Positions 11,352 through 20,864 are shown, numbered from the stretch's first letter. The stretch is DNA of 64,000 nt from Patescibacteria group bacterium (GCA_038062375.1 JBBTXG010000005.1:121210-185209); one strand, 5' to 3'. Numbers and translations are program-made. Notes: generated by a model from the letters alone, not told the origin.

Positions 11352-12113
11352 TCAATGTTGGATTTCGCTCGTCGCTACCTTCAGAAATATGAGCGTAAGC
11401 ATGGCAAATACTAATGCTTGTATAAATCCTACAAAAAATTCCAAGAAAAGAAAAGGGAGTAACCCAAATGAGGCAAAGAAAGGAAGAAGGGCAGAAACGA
11501 TTACGAGAAGCACCTCTCCCGCGAAGATATTTCCAAAAAGTCGAAAAGAGAAAGAAACCACTTTCGCAAACTCGCCAATCAGTTCGAGAATGCCAACAAA
11601 AAAGTACACCGGCCCCTTGGTAAAAGCAAAAAACTTGGACCAGTGCCTGAAAAACCCAAGTTTCCCAATTCCATAGAGTTGAATCGCAACCATGGCAATC
11701 AAGGCTAACGCAAGGGTGCTGTTTAAATCGCTGTTTGCTGATCGAAACAAAGGAATGAACTCTTCTTTGCCATCGTGCGCTTGGGCAAAACCAAGCGACC
11801 CTATTCCTGGGAGCACGCCAATCCAGTTATTTAAAAGAATGAAGAGAAAAATCGTAGCTATCAACGGGAAAAATTTTTTTGCAAGCTCCCGGACTCCTAA
11901 AACCTGGGTCATAACTTCTAAAATTGCTTCGATAATAATTTCAACCCCGCTTTGAATTCTTCCTGGAATATGCCTCAATGCCCCTGCAACCAAAAAACCC
12001 CCTCCCACAAGCACGAGAGCTGTCAACAAAGAAAGTATCAAGCTGTTCGTGATTGGCAATCCAAACATCTCTCCTAAAATTTCTGGCTTCAAACTAATAT
12101 GGATTTCTGACAT
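11352..12113 (-). CDS. atpB: Fo ATP synthase a subunit
   Basis: 253-aa polytopic protein with SFSFRLFGNIFAGE (conserved Arg helix). Confidence 0.93.
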   Translation of the reverse strand: MSEIHISLKPEILGEMFGLPITNSLILSLLTALVLVGGGFLVAGALRHIPGRIQSGVEIIIEAILEVMTQVLGVRELAKKFFPLIATIFLFILLNNWIGVLPGIGSLGFAQAHDGKEEFIPLFRSANSDLNSTLALALIAMVAIQLYGIGKLGFFRHWSKFFAFTKGPVYFFVGILELIGEFAKVVSFSFRLFGNIFAGEVLLVIVSALLPFFASFGLLPFLFLEFFVGFIQALVFAMLTLIFLKVATSEIQH

Positions 12114-12129
12114 GGTGGTGTTAAGAACT

Positions 12130-12158
12130 CAATATACTACAAATGGTTGAGCTTGTAA
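12130..12158 (-). promoter_or_regulatory. candidate sigma-70 promoter of the atp operon
   Basis: Minus strand reads TTTACA-17 nt-TATATT and ends about 17 nt before the atpB ATG. Confidence 0.45.
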
Positions 12159-12197
12159 ATCGATTTTGATGTAACTGCTCCATGGGGTTATCTGCTC

Positions 12198-12324
12198 GGA
12201 ATATAATCTGAAGGACGCGCTCTGCGCCTCCAGCGAGGCGCAAGCTTAGTTCCTCGCGAATTTTCCCTCGTCAGTCTCGGGAACCATGCAAATTCGCTGC
12301 GGGTAGTCCTTCAGATTATATTCC
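12198..12324. other. 127-nt structured element: perfect 19-bp inverted repeat closing an 89-nt GC-rich core
   Basis: GGAATATAATCTGAAGGAC (12198-12216) is the exact reverse complement of 12306-12324. The core can form GCGCCTC/GAGGCGC and GCGAATT..TTCCC/GGGAA..AATTCGC hairpins. Confidence 0.6.
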
Positions 12325-12391
12325 TCGCTTTTTGCAGGGACAAGTAAGCAGTTACGATGTACGAGGTCGAAACTCATACATCCCTCAATCT

Positions 12392-12434
12392 AATAAAAAG
12401 GGGGCAGAGAAGATATAAAGAATATCTCTGCCCC
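12392..12434 (-). terminator. intrinsic terminator downstream of 12479-13801
   Basis: GGGGCAGAGA/TCTCTGCCCC stem with a T-run on the minus strand. Confidence 0.65.
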
Positions 12435-12478
12435 TTAAGGTTTTTTCCGGCTCGACTCCTGATCAGAAAGGAGGATTG

Positions 12479-13801
12479 TTATTCAGGATGAGCCTGATGG
12501 TTGCCGCTGTGAAGGAGGCCTGCAACGCTTAATACTGGCCCTCCAATGGCATCAGTGATGTCAATGGTGGCGTGATCAGTATCCTTGCCAGGCTCTCCAG
12601 CATCAGTGAACCTGAACTTGACCTTATAGCCGGGCAGCCAGTCGCCGCCAGGGCTTTCCCGATACCGGCCAGTCCCCTTTCCTGTGAAGGTGTCAAATCC
12701 TGCTTCGGGTTGGCCTTCGTCATAGCCAGCTTCGTCGCTGCACGTTGCAGCATCTAAGCTAGTTAGATGGAAATCTTTCTTGTCCCAGTTGATCTGGAGG
12801 TTGTTTGGCAAGCTCATGTCGCAGTGCAGCTCGAAGCCATGAGTAACCCGGCTTCCAAGCACGCTGCCGCCGCCGGTCATGCGGCCCTTCATGGGTTCAG
12901 CGCCGCCGCCGTGCAAGCAGCTCCCGGATGGAATTTCGTAGGCACCGGCGAGCCTATTGTTTGCAACGAAACCAACGTTGACATCGTAGGCCTCGATAGA
13001 CCACATAACTTCCTTGCCTACCCCGGCAAAGGTTATCTCGTCACATTCGAGGTCTTCGTCGCGAATCTCGCCGATGGTAGTGACGAAATCGAACGAAGCA
13101 AATCTGGTATCCTTATCTACCACCCAGACGTGGTTGCACCCGTCGGAGCCCTCATAGAGGAGTTGACCACCGATGGCCAGACCACTGTTGTAGCAACCCA
13201 CACCACCCCAGGCAAAATGCTCCAGCTCCGCGCCTACAGTGGGTGGGGAGCCAGGGACGACGTCATAGTTGTGGATCGTCGTAGAACAATCGTCACTGAA
13301 GTAGAGCTCGTCGGTCAAACCGTCGTAGCCCAGACCATCATCTAGGTTACAGACGATCATCCCTGCTTCAGCACTCACGTTCCCCACCAGAGCGAATCCA
13401 GTGACGTTCTTGCCAGCGTCCAGTTGGATGAACCAGACGACGCCAGCTCCACCTGCCCCACCACCCCAACCCGCCCAAATGCCGTTCCTTCCGGCGTCAT
13501 AGGCGAGCGCTCCCAGACCTCCATCGATACTGTACGAGGCAGTCACCACACCATCGGTACCGGCCCGGTATAGATCTGTAGCGCTGGCGTAGCAGGAATA
13601 CCACAGGTTGCTGCCATCAAAACCAATCCCTACACCAATACCGGAAGTGCAGTTCGTGTCGAAGGTGACCGATCCGACGACGTCGCCGGTCGCCGCCTCA
13701 GCAGGCGAAATGTTGGGGTTGACCGCAAAGTAAATCACGACCCCCAATAACGCCGCCATCAGCATAATCCACCAACGCTGACTCACTTGTTGAATCGCCA
13801 T
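12479..13801 (-). CDS. secreted or membrane-anchored hypothetical protein, GC-rich
   Basis: 440 aa with an N-terminal hydrophobic anchor (WWIMLMAALLGVVIYFAV). Gly/Asp/Cys-rich. AAGGAGAG RBS. Codon usage visibly differs from its neighbours. Confidence 0.8.
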   Translation of the reverse strand: MAIQQVSQRWWIMLMAALLGVVIYFAVNPNISPAEAATGDVVGSVTFDTNCTSGIGVGIGFDGSNLWYSCYASATDLYRAGTDGVVTASYSIDGGLGALAYDAGRNGIWAGWGGGAGGAGVVWFIQLDAGKNVTGFALVGNVSAEAGMIVCNLDDGLGYDGLTDELYFSDDCSTTIHNYDVVPGSPPTVGAELEHFAWGGVGCYNSGLAIGGQLLYEGSDGCNHVWVVDKDTRFASFDFVTTIGEIRDEDLECDEITFAGVGKEVMWSIEAYDVNVGFVANNRLAGAYEIPSGSCLHGGGAEPMKGRMTGGGSVLGSRVTHGFELHCDMSLPNNLQINWDKKDFHLTSLDAATCSDEAGYDEGQPEAGFDTFTGKGTGRYRESPGGDWLPGYKVKFRFTDAGEPGKDTDHATIDITDAIGGPVLSVAGLLHSGNHQAHPE

Positions 13802-13986
13802 GTACTCTCTCCTTTTTATTTTTTGGTTCAGAATCCAAATCCTTGAAGAACCACCCTACAGGACAAGCAAATACACCACCTCCTTTCGATTATCAGATTT
13901 CTCATCAAGTCGCGAGAATTTGAAATTGTGAAGGTACTCTCCTCTCGACTTGAAAGCTACGCATCTCTCTTGCAACTTCCACAACT

Positions 13987-14025
13987 GGTTGCTTAGCCCG
14001 GCTAAGCAACCACGGCTAAGCAACC
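13987..14025. repeat. REP-like palindrome copy 1 (full 25-mer plus extra right half-site)
   Basis: GGTTGCTTAGCCCGGCTAAGCAACC at 13987-14011, then AC plus GGCTAAGCAACC at 14014-14025. Confidence 0.9.
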
Positions 14026-14341
14026 ACTGTTGGTAGCACCAGCAGGACGAATTGCATAAGTTGTGCTCTCTCCAAAAATGCGCACCTTTCAAATCGAGAA
14101 GCTCATCAAAAAAACACTGCTCCCTATATTACTCAACCAAAAACCCTTGTCAAGGCCCTGTACAAAATGAGTACATCGATGTCGAGACCGACTACCTACT
14201 TTCCGTATACCCATATAGTAAAAACGTTTGCTTAATACTTTATACGTATGTATGACTTATTAAGTAAGACATATGTGAACAATTACTCGTGATAAGATAC
14301 TGGGATTGCAAAGGATAATCGCTTGCAGAACTTCCTTCGAT

Positions 14342-14386
14342 AAAAAAACAAGGGCAGATGAGTGAGCTTTTGATTTCTCATCTGCC
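14342..14386 (-). terminator. intrinsic terminator downstream of 14423-15091
   Basis: GGCAGATGAG/CTCATCTGCC stem followed by a T7 run on the minus strand. Confidence 0.7.
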
Positions 14387-14422
14387 TCTTTGGGTTAATG
14401 TCTACAAATGTCTACAATGGGA

Positions 14423-15091
14423 TCATCCATCCTCCCCGTCATCAGCATAATGCTGAATAGTGAGATGGTAGATAACCCCAGACTCTAAACGGCCAAACCG
14501 CGGGTGTTCGATAACCGCGTGGGTTTCGATTCGATGGGTACCCTTCTTTAGCTTAAGGATTCTAAGGTACCCATCTGCATATGCCAGGCCGTAAGTTCCC
14601 GCAGGGAGCAAACCCCCTTCTGGAACCTTGAATTCAAACACGGGCGAGGGAGCCCGATTCGCGAAAAGCTCCTCGCGCGAGATTGGAACTCCGTCTACTA
14701 TGAGTTCCATCTGGCTCACAGAGTCTGCGAAGAGTGCTACAAATCCTTTCGGATCTGTAGTGGCTGGCTCCCATGCCAGCACCGAAACCAGGGGGATCAA
14801 AATCTTATTCTTTCCCTCGATCGTGCATGTTCTCTCCACCTCTCCTCCCCCAAAAGCACCCCGAAGGAAGTAAACGTTCCCGTGATCGGGTTGGCCCTCA
14901 CCGCAGAACTTTGGGTCAACATTCACAAGGGGATTTCGATCCTGCGGAATCCCGGCATTTTTCTGCCAGTAGAGAGCATTAAGTTCTCCCAGTTTTTTGT
15001 TTCTCCCCTCATCGGCGTGGACCGATGGAACTGTTAGTGCCACTCCCACGGCAAGTACCAGTAGCAAAACGATTGTCCCAGTGAGACTCAT
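14423..15091 (-). CDS. secreted hypothetical protein, GC-rich
   Basis: 222 aa with a signal-peptide-like N-terminus (IVLLLVLAVGVALTVPSVHA) and a GAAGGAGAG RBS. Confidence 0.75.
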   Translation of the reverse strand: MSLTGTIVLLLVLAVGVALTVPSVHADEGRNKKLGELNALYWQKNAGIPQDRNPLVNVDPKFCGEGQPDHGNVYFLRGAFGGGEVERTCTIEGKNKILIPLVSVLAWEPATTDPKGFVALFADSVSQMELIVDGVPISREELFANRAPSPVFEFKVPEGGLLPAGTYGLAYADGYLRILKLKKGTHRIETHAVIEHPRFGRLESGVIYHLTIQHYADDGEDG

Positions 15092-15258
15092 GCTTTTTCT
15101 CTCCTTCTTTATTTCCTTGATTGAATCTAGACACTATAGAAATACAACCAATGTCCCACCCCCTTTCTGAAGAACTAACCTCTCTTACCATATCTCAAAA
15201 ATCCCTGTCAAGCCCCCGATGTCGCGCAATTATTGCTCGAGCAGGAATTGTAATACCT

Positions 15259-16032
15259 TTAAGTACGTTCAAAACGCGAAGGTTTCCACGCCTTCTCCCC
15301 TTTTTTCCATTTCACCGAGGTGAGAAGTGATGAGTAGATATCTTCTTTGATATCAATTCTAAGGTTTTTAAGCTCTTGTTTCGTGGGATTTCGATTCTGG
15401 AATTTCACGAATGGGACATCTTCGATAAGAGCTAAAGGGGTTTGCTCTCTTCCCTCCCCCATCACCAACACCGCAGCGCTCGCTAACGCATCCATCGCAT
15501 TCACTTGAGTTACTTTGAGTATTCGCCCAAAAATATCTTTTTTCCCCCGATAGTCATTGAGCGCTGAAAATCCACTGTGGGCAAGTGCAGTTCCCGTAAC
15601 GCCCCAACGGAGAGGGGTTGTTTTACTGTCGGTGATAATCACGCCGACACGCTTGAGAGAAAACTTTTTGGAAAGATATGCTCTCACTTCGTTTGCAGTC
15701 TTTTGCGGATTTTCTGGCCAAAGGATATAATAACCATTGCCGTTTGATTCGTCTATGCCTGCCGTAGGGCAAAGTATTCCATTCTTGATCGTAAGGAAAA
15801 ATTGATATCTGTTTGTTTCTTTGGGCAGGAAATATTCGGCTTCGCGCCTCACTAATTCATCTTTATCGACAGTGCCTATTTTTATTACTCTTCCCTCGCA
15901 AATTGAAACAATCTTTGAAGTTATCACAACAACAGAACGTTCTCGGAGACCGAGGAGATAGCGATCTAAAATCGCAAACAAATTGTTATCTCTCGAGCTG
16001 ATTTTGTGGGTTTTGATTGAATTGACACGCAT
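15259..16032 (-). CDS. F420-0:gamma-glutamyl ligase-like (CofE family) protein
   Basis: 257 aa with ITSKIVSICEGR, GIDESN and VIITDS...RWG patterns typical of CofE/FbiB N-terminal domains. Confidence 0.7.
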   Translation of the reverse strand: MRVNSIKTHKISSRDNNLFAILDRYLLGLRERSVVVITSKIVSICEGRVIKIGTVDKDELVRREAEYFLPKETNRYQFFLTIKNGILCPTAGIDESNGNGYYILWPENPQKTANEVRAYLSKKFSLKRVGVIITDSKTTPLRWGVTGTALAHSGFSALNDYRGKKDIFGRILKVTQVNAMDALASAAVLVMGEGREQTPLALIEDVPFVKFQNRNPTKQELKNLRIDIKEDIYSSLLTSVKWKKGEKAWKPSRFERT

Positions 16033-16061
16033 ATTGAAATAGTGTATAGTATATCTATCCT

Positions 16062-17336
16062 ATGTTGAGCGCTATTCCTATTTTTATAGTTCTTGGAGTC
16101 CTCCTTTTCTTTTCCTTCGCAAGCGTTCTTGGAAACCTCAATCTTTCCTCCTTGAGCCATCTTAACGTTGGAAGGCTTGGGTTGGCAAGCATCGAGCAAC
16201 CTGACGAAATCCAACAAGCACGAGATTCAAAAAAAGAAACTCGGCAAGAAAAAGAGGAAGAGGTCGAAAACAGCTCGTCTCCCCAACGCAAAGCAAAGGA
16301 AAACTCCTCTTCAAATCAATCTTCGAGAAACAAAACAAGCCCGATTTCTCACCAAACCATCCCCCCACCAGTGCTTGATACCATCATCACGAAAGGGCCG
16401 AGTAACCATACCATATTTTTCGATACCACTACCGTATCATTTGAATTTGTAGGTACAATCACTCCCTCTCATACTCTTGGTGAAATCTCTTTTGAGACAA
16501 AGATAGATGGACTCCAAGAAAAATGGCAATCTACCTCAACACCAACGAGAACAATTATTCTTCCTCCGGGACCCAAGGAGTACACATTTCTCGTGCGCGC
16601 CAAGTGGAAAGAGATTGTTGATCTTACCCCTGCCTCACGAACTTTCCGCATCAACGTTTCTCCTTACTCGGGAAAGGTAAAAATTTCTCGCATCAACCCT
16701 CCAAGAAACTCTCAATCATCTCAAATCAATCTCACTACCAAACTCCTGAAAAACGAAGCGGTGAATATTACCGGATGGAGGTTTGAAGGGAGGACTGATC
16801 AGTATAGTATCCCAAAAGGGGTAAGACAATTCGCAAAGTTTGATACCTCGCAGATCCTTCGCGAAGATATTATTCTGGAGCATGGAGACACCGTTGTACT
16901 TACAAGTTCCTTCAACCCCTTCGCAAACAATTTCAATTTCAAGCCAAATCAATGCTTTGGATACCTCGCAAAAGGAAAACGCGTTTCTTCTTCTATTCCT
17001 ACGTCTTGCCCCTTTGCGAAACCCTCAAAAGAAGAACTTTCTCTTTTCTCTCCCTCGTGTCAAGATTTTATTTCAAAGAACATACGAGGTTGCGAAATTC
17101 CAGACTATTCACAGAACCTTCCCATTCTCCGTGACTTCGATTGTGTGACTTACCTAAAAAACATCGAAAACCAACTCACCTACGAGGCTTGTTTCCAGCG
17201 ATATTCGAGGGATGAGAATTTTTTCAAAAATGAATGGCATATCTTTACGGACGGAGAAGAGTTCCTTAGATTAGGACATGATTACATCGTCCTTCGCGAT
17301 CAAAACGGCTTATTTGTAGATACATATATCTACTAA
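16062..17336 (+). CDS. membrane-anchored hypothetical protein with Ser/Glu/Lys-rich linker
   Basis: 424 aa with an N-terminal TM segment and a low-complexity region, followed by a Cys-containing globular part. Confidence 0.6.
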   Translation: MLSAIPIFIVLGVLLFFSFASVLGNLNLSSLSHLNVGRLGLASIEQPDEIQQARDSKKETRQEKEEEVENSSSPQRKAKENSSSNQSSRNKTSPISHQTIPPPVLDTIITKGPSNHTIFFDTTTVSFEFVGTITPSHTLGEISFETKIDGLQEKWQSTSTPTRTIILPPGPKEYTFLVRAKWKEIVDLTPASRTFRINVSPYSGKVKISRINPPRNSQSSQINLTTKLLKNEAVNITGWRFEGRTDQYSIPKGVRQFAKFDTSQILREDIILEHGDTVVLTSSFNPFANNFNFKPNQCFGYLAKGKRVSSSIPTSCPFAKPSKEELSLFSPSCQDFISKNIRGCEIPDYSQNLPILRDFDCVTYLKNIENQLTYEACFQRYSRDENFFKNEWHIFTDGEEFLRLGHDYIVLRDQNGLFVDTYIY

Positions 17337-17498
17337 AGTGACACCACAACTTTGAGTGCTTGAGGCTCGTAAATAAAAAACTTGCCTTGATTCTCTTTTC
17401 TTTTCCATGCTACCTTAAAGGTAGCTTCTTTCGAGAATTCTCTATAAGAGGAGGCTTGATGGATACTTTCAGAAAACAGTTATAGAAAGGAGGTATAA

Positions 17499-18908
17499 AT
17501 GAGGTGGGATGAAAGACTTTCGCCGGATGACATTCCTGATGGGTCTGGCACTGTTGTTGTGGGCCTCCTCGAGGAGGAAGAAGATCCGATTATACCGTAC
17601 CTCGAGGAAGATAACCAGCAATTGGATCAGCAGGATACAGGTGATCCGGTCAGGATATATCTACGAGAGATCGCGCGAGTGCCCCTTCTCACTGCCAAGC
17701 ATGAAAAAACTCTGGCTCGGAAAATGGAGGGTGGAAGACACCTGGAAAATCTGGAGAAACGGTTGCAGGAGGCTGAAGGCCGTCTCCCCAAAGCCTGGGA
17801 GATGTGCGTCGCTCTCCTGCGACGCCTGGGCCAGGCCGCTCCTCTGGTCGGTTCTTTGGGAGAAAATCTGGACCTGCCCCACAACCTGACCCTTTCGCAG
17901 ATCACCGACCATCCCAAGCTCCGAGCTGCTATAGATGGTAAGCTTGACCCGGACCTGATGGCCCTTGTCGCTAAAGATTTGGATATATCACTGGACGAAG
18001 TAAAACAAAGCGTCATCCAATTATCTCTGCATAGCTTTGTCCTCCCCACTGACGTGATAGATGCGCTGGAGGACTGCGCTCTGGGGCAACTGATGAAAAT
18101 GCTAGATACTCCTGATTGCTGCTCCAGACTTCAGTCCATGGACAAGCTGTTCCAGGCCTACTTTGATCGTATCAGGGAGGAGGGCCTGCGCGCCCAGAGA
18201 CACCTGACAGAAGCCAACTTGCGGCTGGTGGTAAGCGTAGCTAAGAAATACATTGGCAGGGGTATGGATCTGCTGGACCTGATCCAAGAGGGAAATATCG
18301 GCCTCATCACGGCGGTGGAGAAGTTCGAGTATCGCAAGGGCTTCAAATTCAGCACCTACGCCACCTGGTGGATACGGCAATGTGTCACCCGCGCTATCGC
18401 CGACCAGGCTCGAACCATACGCATCCCAGTGCACATGGTGGAGACCACAAACACGCTGATGCGCCAGCACCGTCGCTTGATCCAAGTGTATGGCAGGGAG
18501 CCTACCCCGGAAGAGATCGGCAGGGCTATGGAGATACCGCCTCATAAGGTAGAAGAGATTCTGAAGATCTCTCAGAAGCCGGTCTCTCTGGAAACCCCTG
18601 TAGGCGTGGGAGGAGATACCCACCTGGGTGACTTTATCGAGGACGAGAGCACTCCTGCCACCGCGGACGCCGCCTTTTTCCAGTTGCTTAAAGAGCAGAT
18701 ACAGGAAGTGCTGGATACCCTCACCGAAAGGGAGAGTCGGGTACTTCAGCTCCGCTTTGGGCTGGAGGATGGCCGCAGCCGCACCCTGCAAGAGGTGGGA
18801 AGGGAGTTCGGGGTGACGCGAGAGCGGATACGGCAGATTGAGGCCCAGGCGCTGAGAAAACTGCGCCACCCAAACCGCTCGGATAAGCTGCGGGACTTCC
18901 TTGAGTAA
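17499..18908 (+). CDS. rpoD: RNA polymerase sigma-70 factor, group 1-like, GC-rich
   Basis: 469 aa. Region 1.2 (VRIYLREI), region 2 ([35 protein letters not shown]), region 3 and region 4.2 ([20 protein letters not shown]) are present. AAAGGAGG RBS. Confidence 0.93.
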   Translation: MRWDERLSPDDIPDGSGTVVVGLLEEEEDPIIPYLEEDNQQLDQQDTGDPVRIYLREIARVPLLTAKHEKTLARKMEGGRHLENLEKRLQEAEGRLPKAWEMCVALLRRLGQAAPLVGSLGENLDLPHNLTLSQITDHPKLRAAIDGKLDPDLMALVAKDLDISLDEVKQSVIQLSLHSFVLPTDVIDALEDCALGQLMKMLDTPDCCSRLQSMDKLFQAYFDRIREEGLRAQRHLTEANLRLVVSVAKKYIGRGMDLLDLIQEGNIGLITAVEKFEYRKGFKFSTYATWWIRQCVTRAIADQARTIRIPVHMVETTNTLMRQHRRLIQVYGREPTPEEIGRAMEIPPHKVEEILKISQKPVSLETPVGVGGDTHLGDFIEDESTPATADAAFFQLLKEQIQEVLDTLTERESRVLQLRFGLEDGRSRTLQEVGREFGVTRERIRQIEAQALRKLRHPNRSDKLRDFLE

Positions 18909-18922
18909 ACTGGGGACTAAAA

Positions 18923-18954
18923 AGAGTGATCCTTCAAGATCACTCTCTTTTTTT
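18923..18954 (+). terminator. intrinsic terminator after rpoD
   Basis: AGAGTGATC-cttcaa-GATCACTCT followed by CTTTTTTT. Confidence 0.75.
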
Positions 18955-18977
18955 GCCCTAGTACTGCAGTCAAATTC

Positions 18978-20099
18978 TTATCCCTTCTCGATTCTTTTTC
19001 GAATATCTCCAAACAAATCCGCAAAAAAGAAGAGGTTGTGATAGGTGGCGAGGTAGTAGCCGAGGAGTTCTCGTTCCTTAAAGACATGATGGAGAAAAGA
19101 GAGAGAAAAGTTTTGGCAGGTGTAGCACTTGCAATCTCTTTGAATGGGATTTTTATATCGCCGATACCGAGATTTCATCACGTCTATGCGAGTAAAGTTT
19201 CTGCCGGCTTTTTGAAATACAACGCCCTTGCGCGCCAACCGTGTGGGCTCCACGCAATCGAAGGTATCGATCCCGTAGGGTACGGCATCCAGAATATCCT
19301 CTACCCTCCCTACTCCCAAGAGATGTACTGGTTTGTTCTCGGCGAGATAGGGAGCTACCCATCGCACTTGTTCTCTTAACTCTTTTTTACTCTCCCCTAC
19401 CGAAACTCCCCCAATTGCAACCCCGTCGACTTCCTGGCGCGCAATAAATTTCGCAGATTCAATCCGCAGATCCTTGAACATACCTCCTTGAATGATTCCA
19501 TACAGATATTGGCCGTTTGGACGCTTGGTTTTGATGCATCGTAAAAGCCATCGGTGCGTCCGCTCGGTTGCTTCTTTTGTATATTCGCGGTTCGCTCCGT
19601 AATAGATGCACTCATCAAATGCCATGATAATATCTGCCCCGATCTTCTCTTGATTGCGAATCGAAACCTCGGGTGTAAATATCATCTCTTTTCCGTCTCT
19701 GGGCGAACGAAACCATACGCCTTCTTCGGTGATTTTCTTGACTGGAATTTCATCTTCCTCTCGATTCCTCACTGCTCTTTCCGGCTTTTTTCCTGCAAGC
19801 GAAAACACCTGAAATCCCGCAGAATCGCTCATGAGGGAGATATCCAAGCTCGCATACTTGTGTATTCCTCCGAGCGCCTTGATCACATCAACTCCTGGAT
19901 GTACCGTCAAATGAAATGTATTTACAAACGCAGCTCGCACTCCTATTTCTTTCAGATCTTTTGGTGGAATTGTCTTGAGCGTCCCTTTTGTTGCCACTGG
20001 CACAAATGCCGGAGTCTCAATCATTCCGTGGGGCGTCTTCATAACGCCGATCCTTGCTCTCGATTTTTTGCTTTTCTTTAAAACCCTAAAAAACTCCAT
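18978..20099 (-). CDS. tgt: tRNA-guanine transglycosylase
   Basis: 373 aa with ETPAFVPVATKG and the Zn site CKCYTCQNFSLSFLHH. Confidence 0.92.
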   Translation of the reverse strand: MEFFRVLKKSKKSRARIGVMKTPHGMIETPAFVPVATKGTLKTIPPKDLKEIGVRAAFVNTFHLTVHPGVDVIKALGGIHKYASLDISLMSDSAGFQVFSLAGKKPERAVRNREEDEIPVKKITEEGVWFRSPRDGKEMIFTPEVSIRNQEKIGADIIMAFDECIYYGANREYTKEATERTHRWLLRCIKTKRPNGQYLYGIIQGGMFKDLRIESAKFIARQEVDGVAIGGVSVGESKKELREQVRWVAPYLAENKPVHLLGVGRVEDILDAVPYGIDTFDCVEPTRLARKGVVFQKAGRNFTRIDVMKSRYRRYKNPIQRDCKCYTCQNFSLSFLHHVFKERELLGYYLATYHNLFFFADLFGDIRKRIEKG

Positions 20100-20107
20100 A
20101 GATTATT

Positions 20108-20132
20108 GGTTGCTTAGCCCGGCTAAGCAACC
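20108..20132. repeat. REP-like palindrome copy 2
   Basis: Exact GGTTGCTTAGCCCGGCTAAGCAACC. Confidence 0.95.
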
Positions 20133-20135
20133 AAC

Positions 20136-20855
20136 TTATTCCAAAAGTAGATGTTCAATGCTTCTATATTTTTTATCTTCTAAAATTCTCCTTACAAAGC
20201 CCTGATATTCAGACGGATTTCGAAAGAAGCTACCGCATATCCCCTTATCAATAATGCGTGATTCTCTCTTCCCGAGATACTCTTGGTGAGTACTCCAAGG
20301 ATATTCTGCTGCAAATTCCATAATTTTTCCCAAATCTCTTATTCCTTCTTCTTTGAGTTTGGGCTCCAATAGCTGGCCGGGGTTGAGAACGTTGATGTAT
20401 ACCAAAAGATATTGAAGATGAATATCTTTATCGACCTGGACAGCCTGAAATCGTCCCTGAAAAAGTCCGCCAACCCGGTCATATTTTTTGTTGAAATATT
20501 TTACATACCCAGTACCCAGTTTATGCATAAACTTTGTAATACCATTATCAATCAATTCTTCGAGCACTAAATGATAGTGATTAGGCATTAGGCAATCCGC
20601 CATGATACGCACGAGGGGTGATTGATTTTTTTTCTTTTTCTGAAAATACTCTCTTAAAACACGAAAATTCACCTCCTTGCGCGTTTTCTCCAATTGCCAT
20701 AAAAGATTTGCGGTCGCCTGTTTGTCGTTGAACAAACACAACCCTTGAAGGAAACGCCATCGATCATTCTCGTCTCCAAAGATGCTGCGCTTCTCTACGC
20801 CTCTATTATAAATATGGTAAATTTGATTCTTCGCAAACTGAACTTTTCTCTTCAT
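20136..20855 (-). CDS. IS200/Y1-family transposase-like protein (RAYT-like)
   Basis: 239 aa with HUH motif (PNHYHLVLEE), GGLFQGRF, and a Tyr helix (QYLLVYINVLNP) comparable to YIYINPV of E. coli RAYT. Confidence 0.75.
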   Translation of the reverse strand: MKRKVQFAKNQIYHIYNRGVEKRSIFGDENDRWRFLQGLCLFNDKQATANLLWQLEKTRKEVNFRVLREYFQKKKKNQSPLVRIMADCLMPNHYHLVLEELIDNGITKFMHKLGTGYVKYFNKKYDRVGGLFQGRFQAVQVDKDIHLQYLLVYINVLNPGQLLEPKLKEEGIRDLGKIMEFAAEYPWSTHQEYLGKRESRIIDKGICGSFFRNPSEYQGFVRRILEDKKYRSIEHLLLE

Positions 20856-20864
20856 GAGCCGAGT

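Noticed and set aside
12198-12324. Hammerhead-ribozyme-like core (CUGACGAG ... GAAA on the minus strand) inside the 127-nt element.
   Set aside because: I could not place stems II and III or a cleavage-site triplet in the required geometry, so the match is probably fortuitous.
13856-14092. 78-aa ORF, plus ORFs at 19975-20205 and 20867-21079, that translate the palindrome as LLSPAKQP/LLSRAKQP.
   Set aside because: The recurring peptide is a by-product of translating the same DNA repeat. The ORFs have no RBS and no other coding signal. Only the DUF192 case is embedded in a real gene.
18102-18869. 255-aa minus-strand ORF and other ORFs overlapping rpoD (for example 17627-18049).
   Set aside because: They are antisense shadows of a sigma factor gene whose conserved regions are unambiguous on the plus strand.
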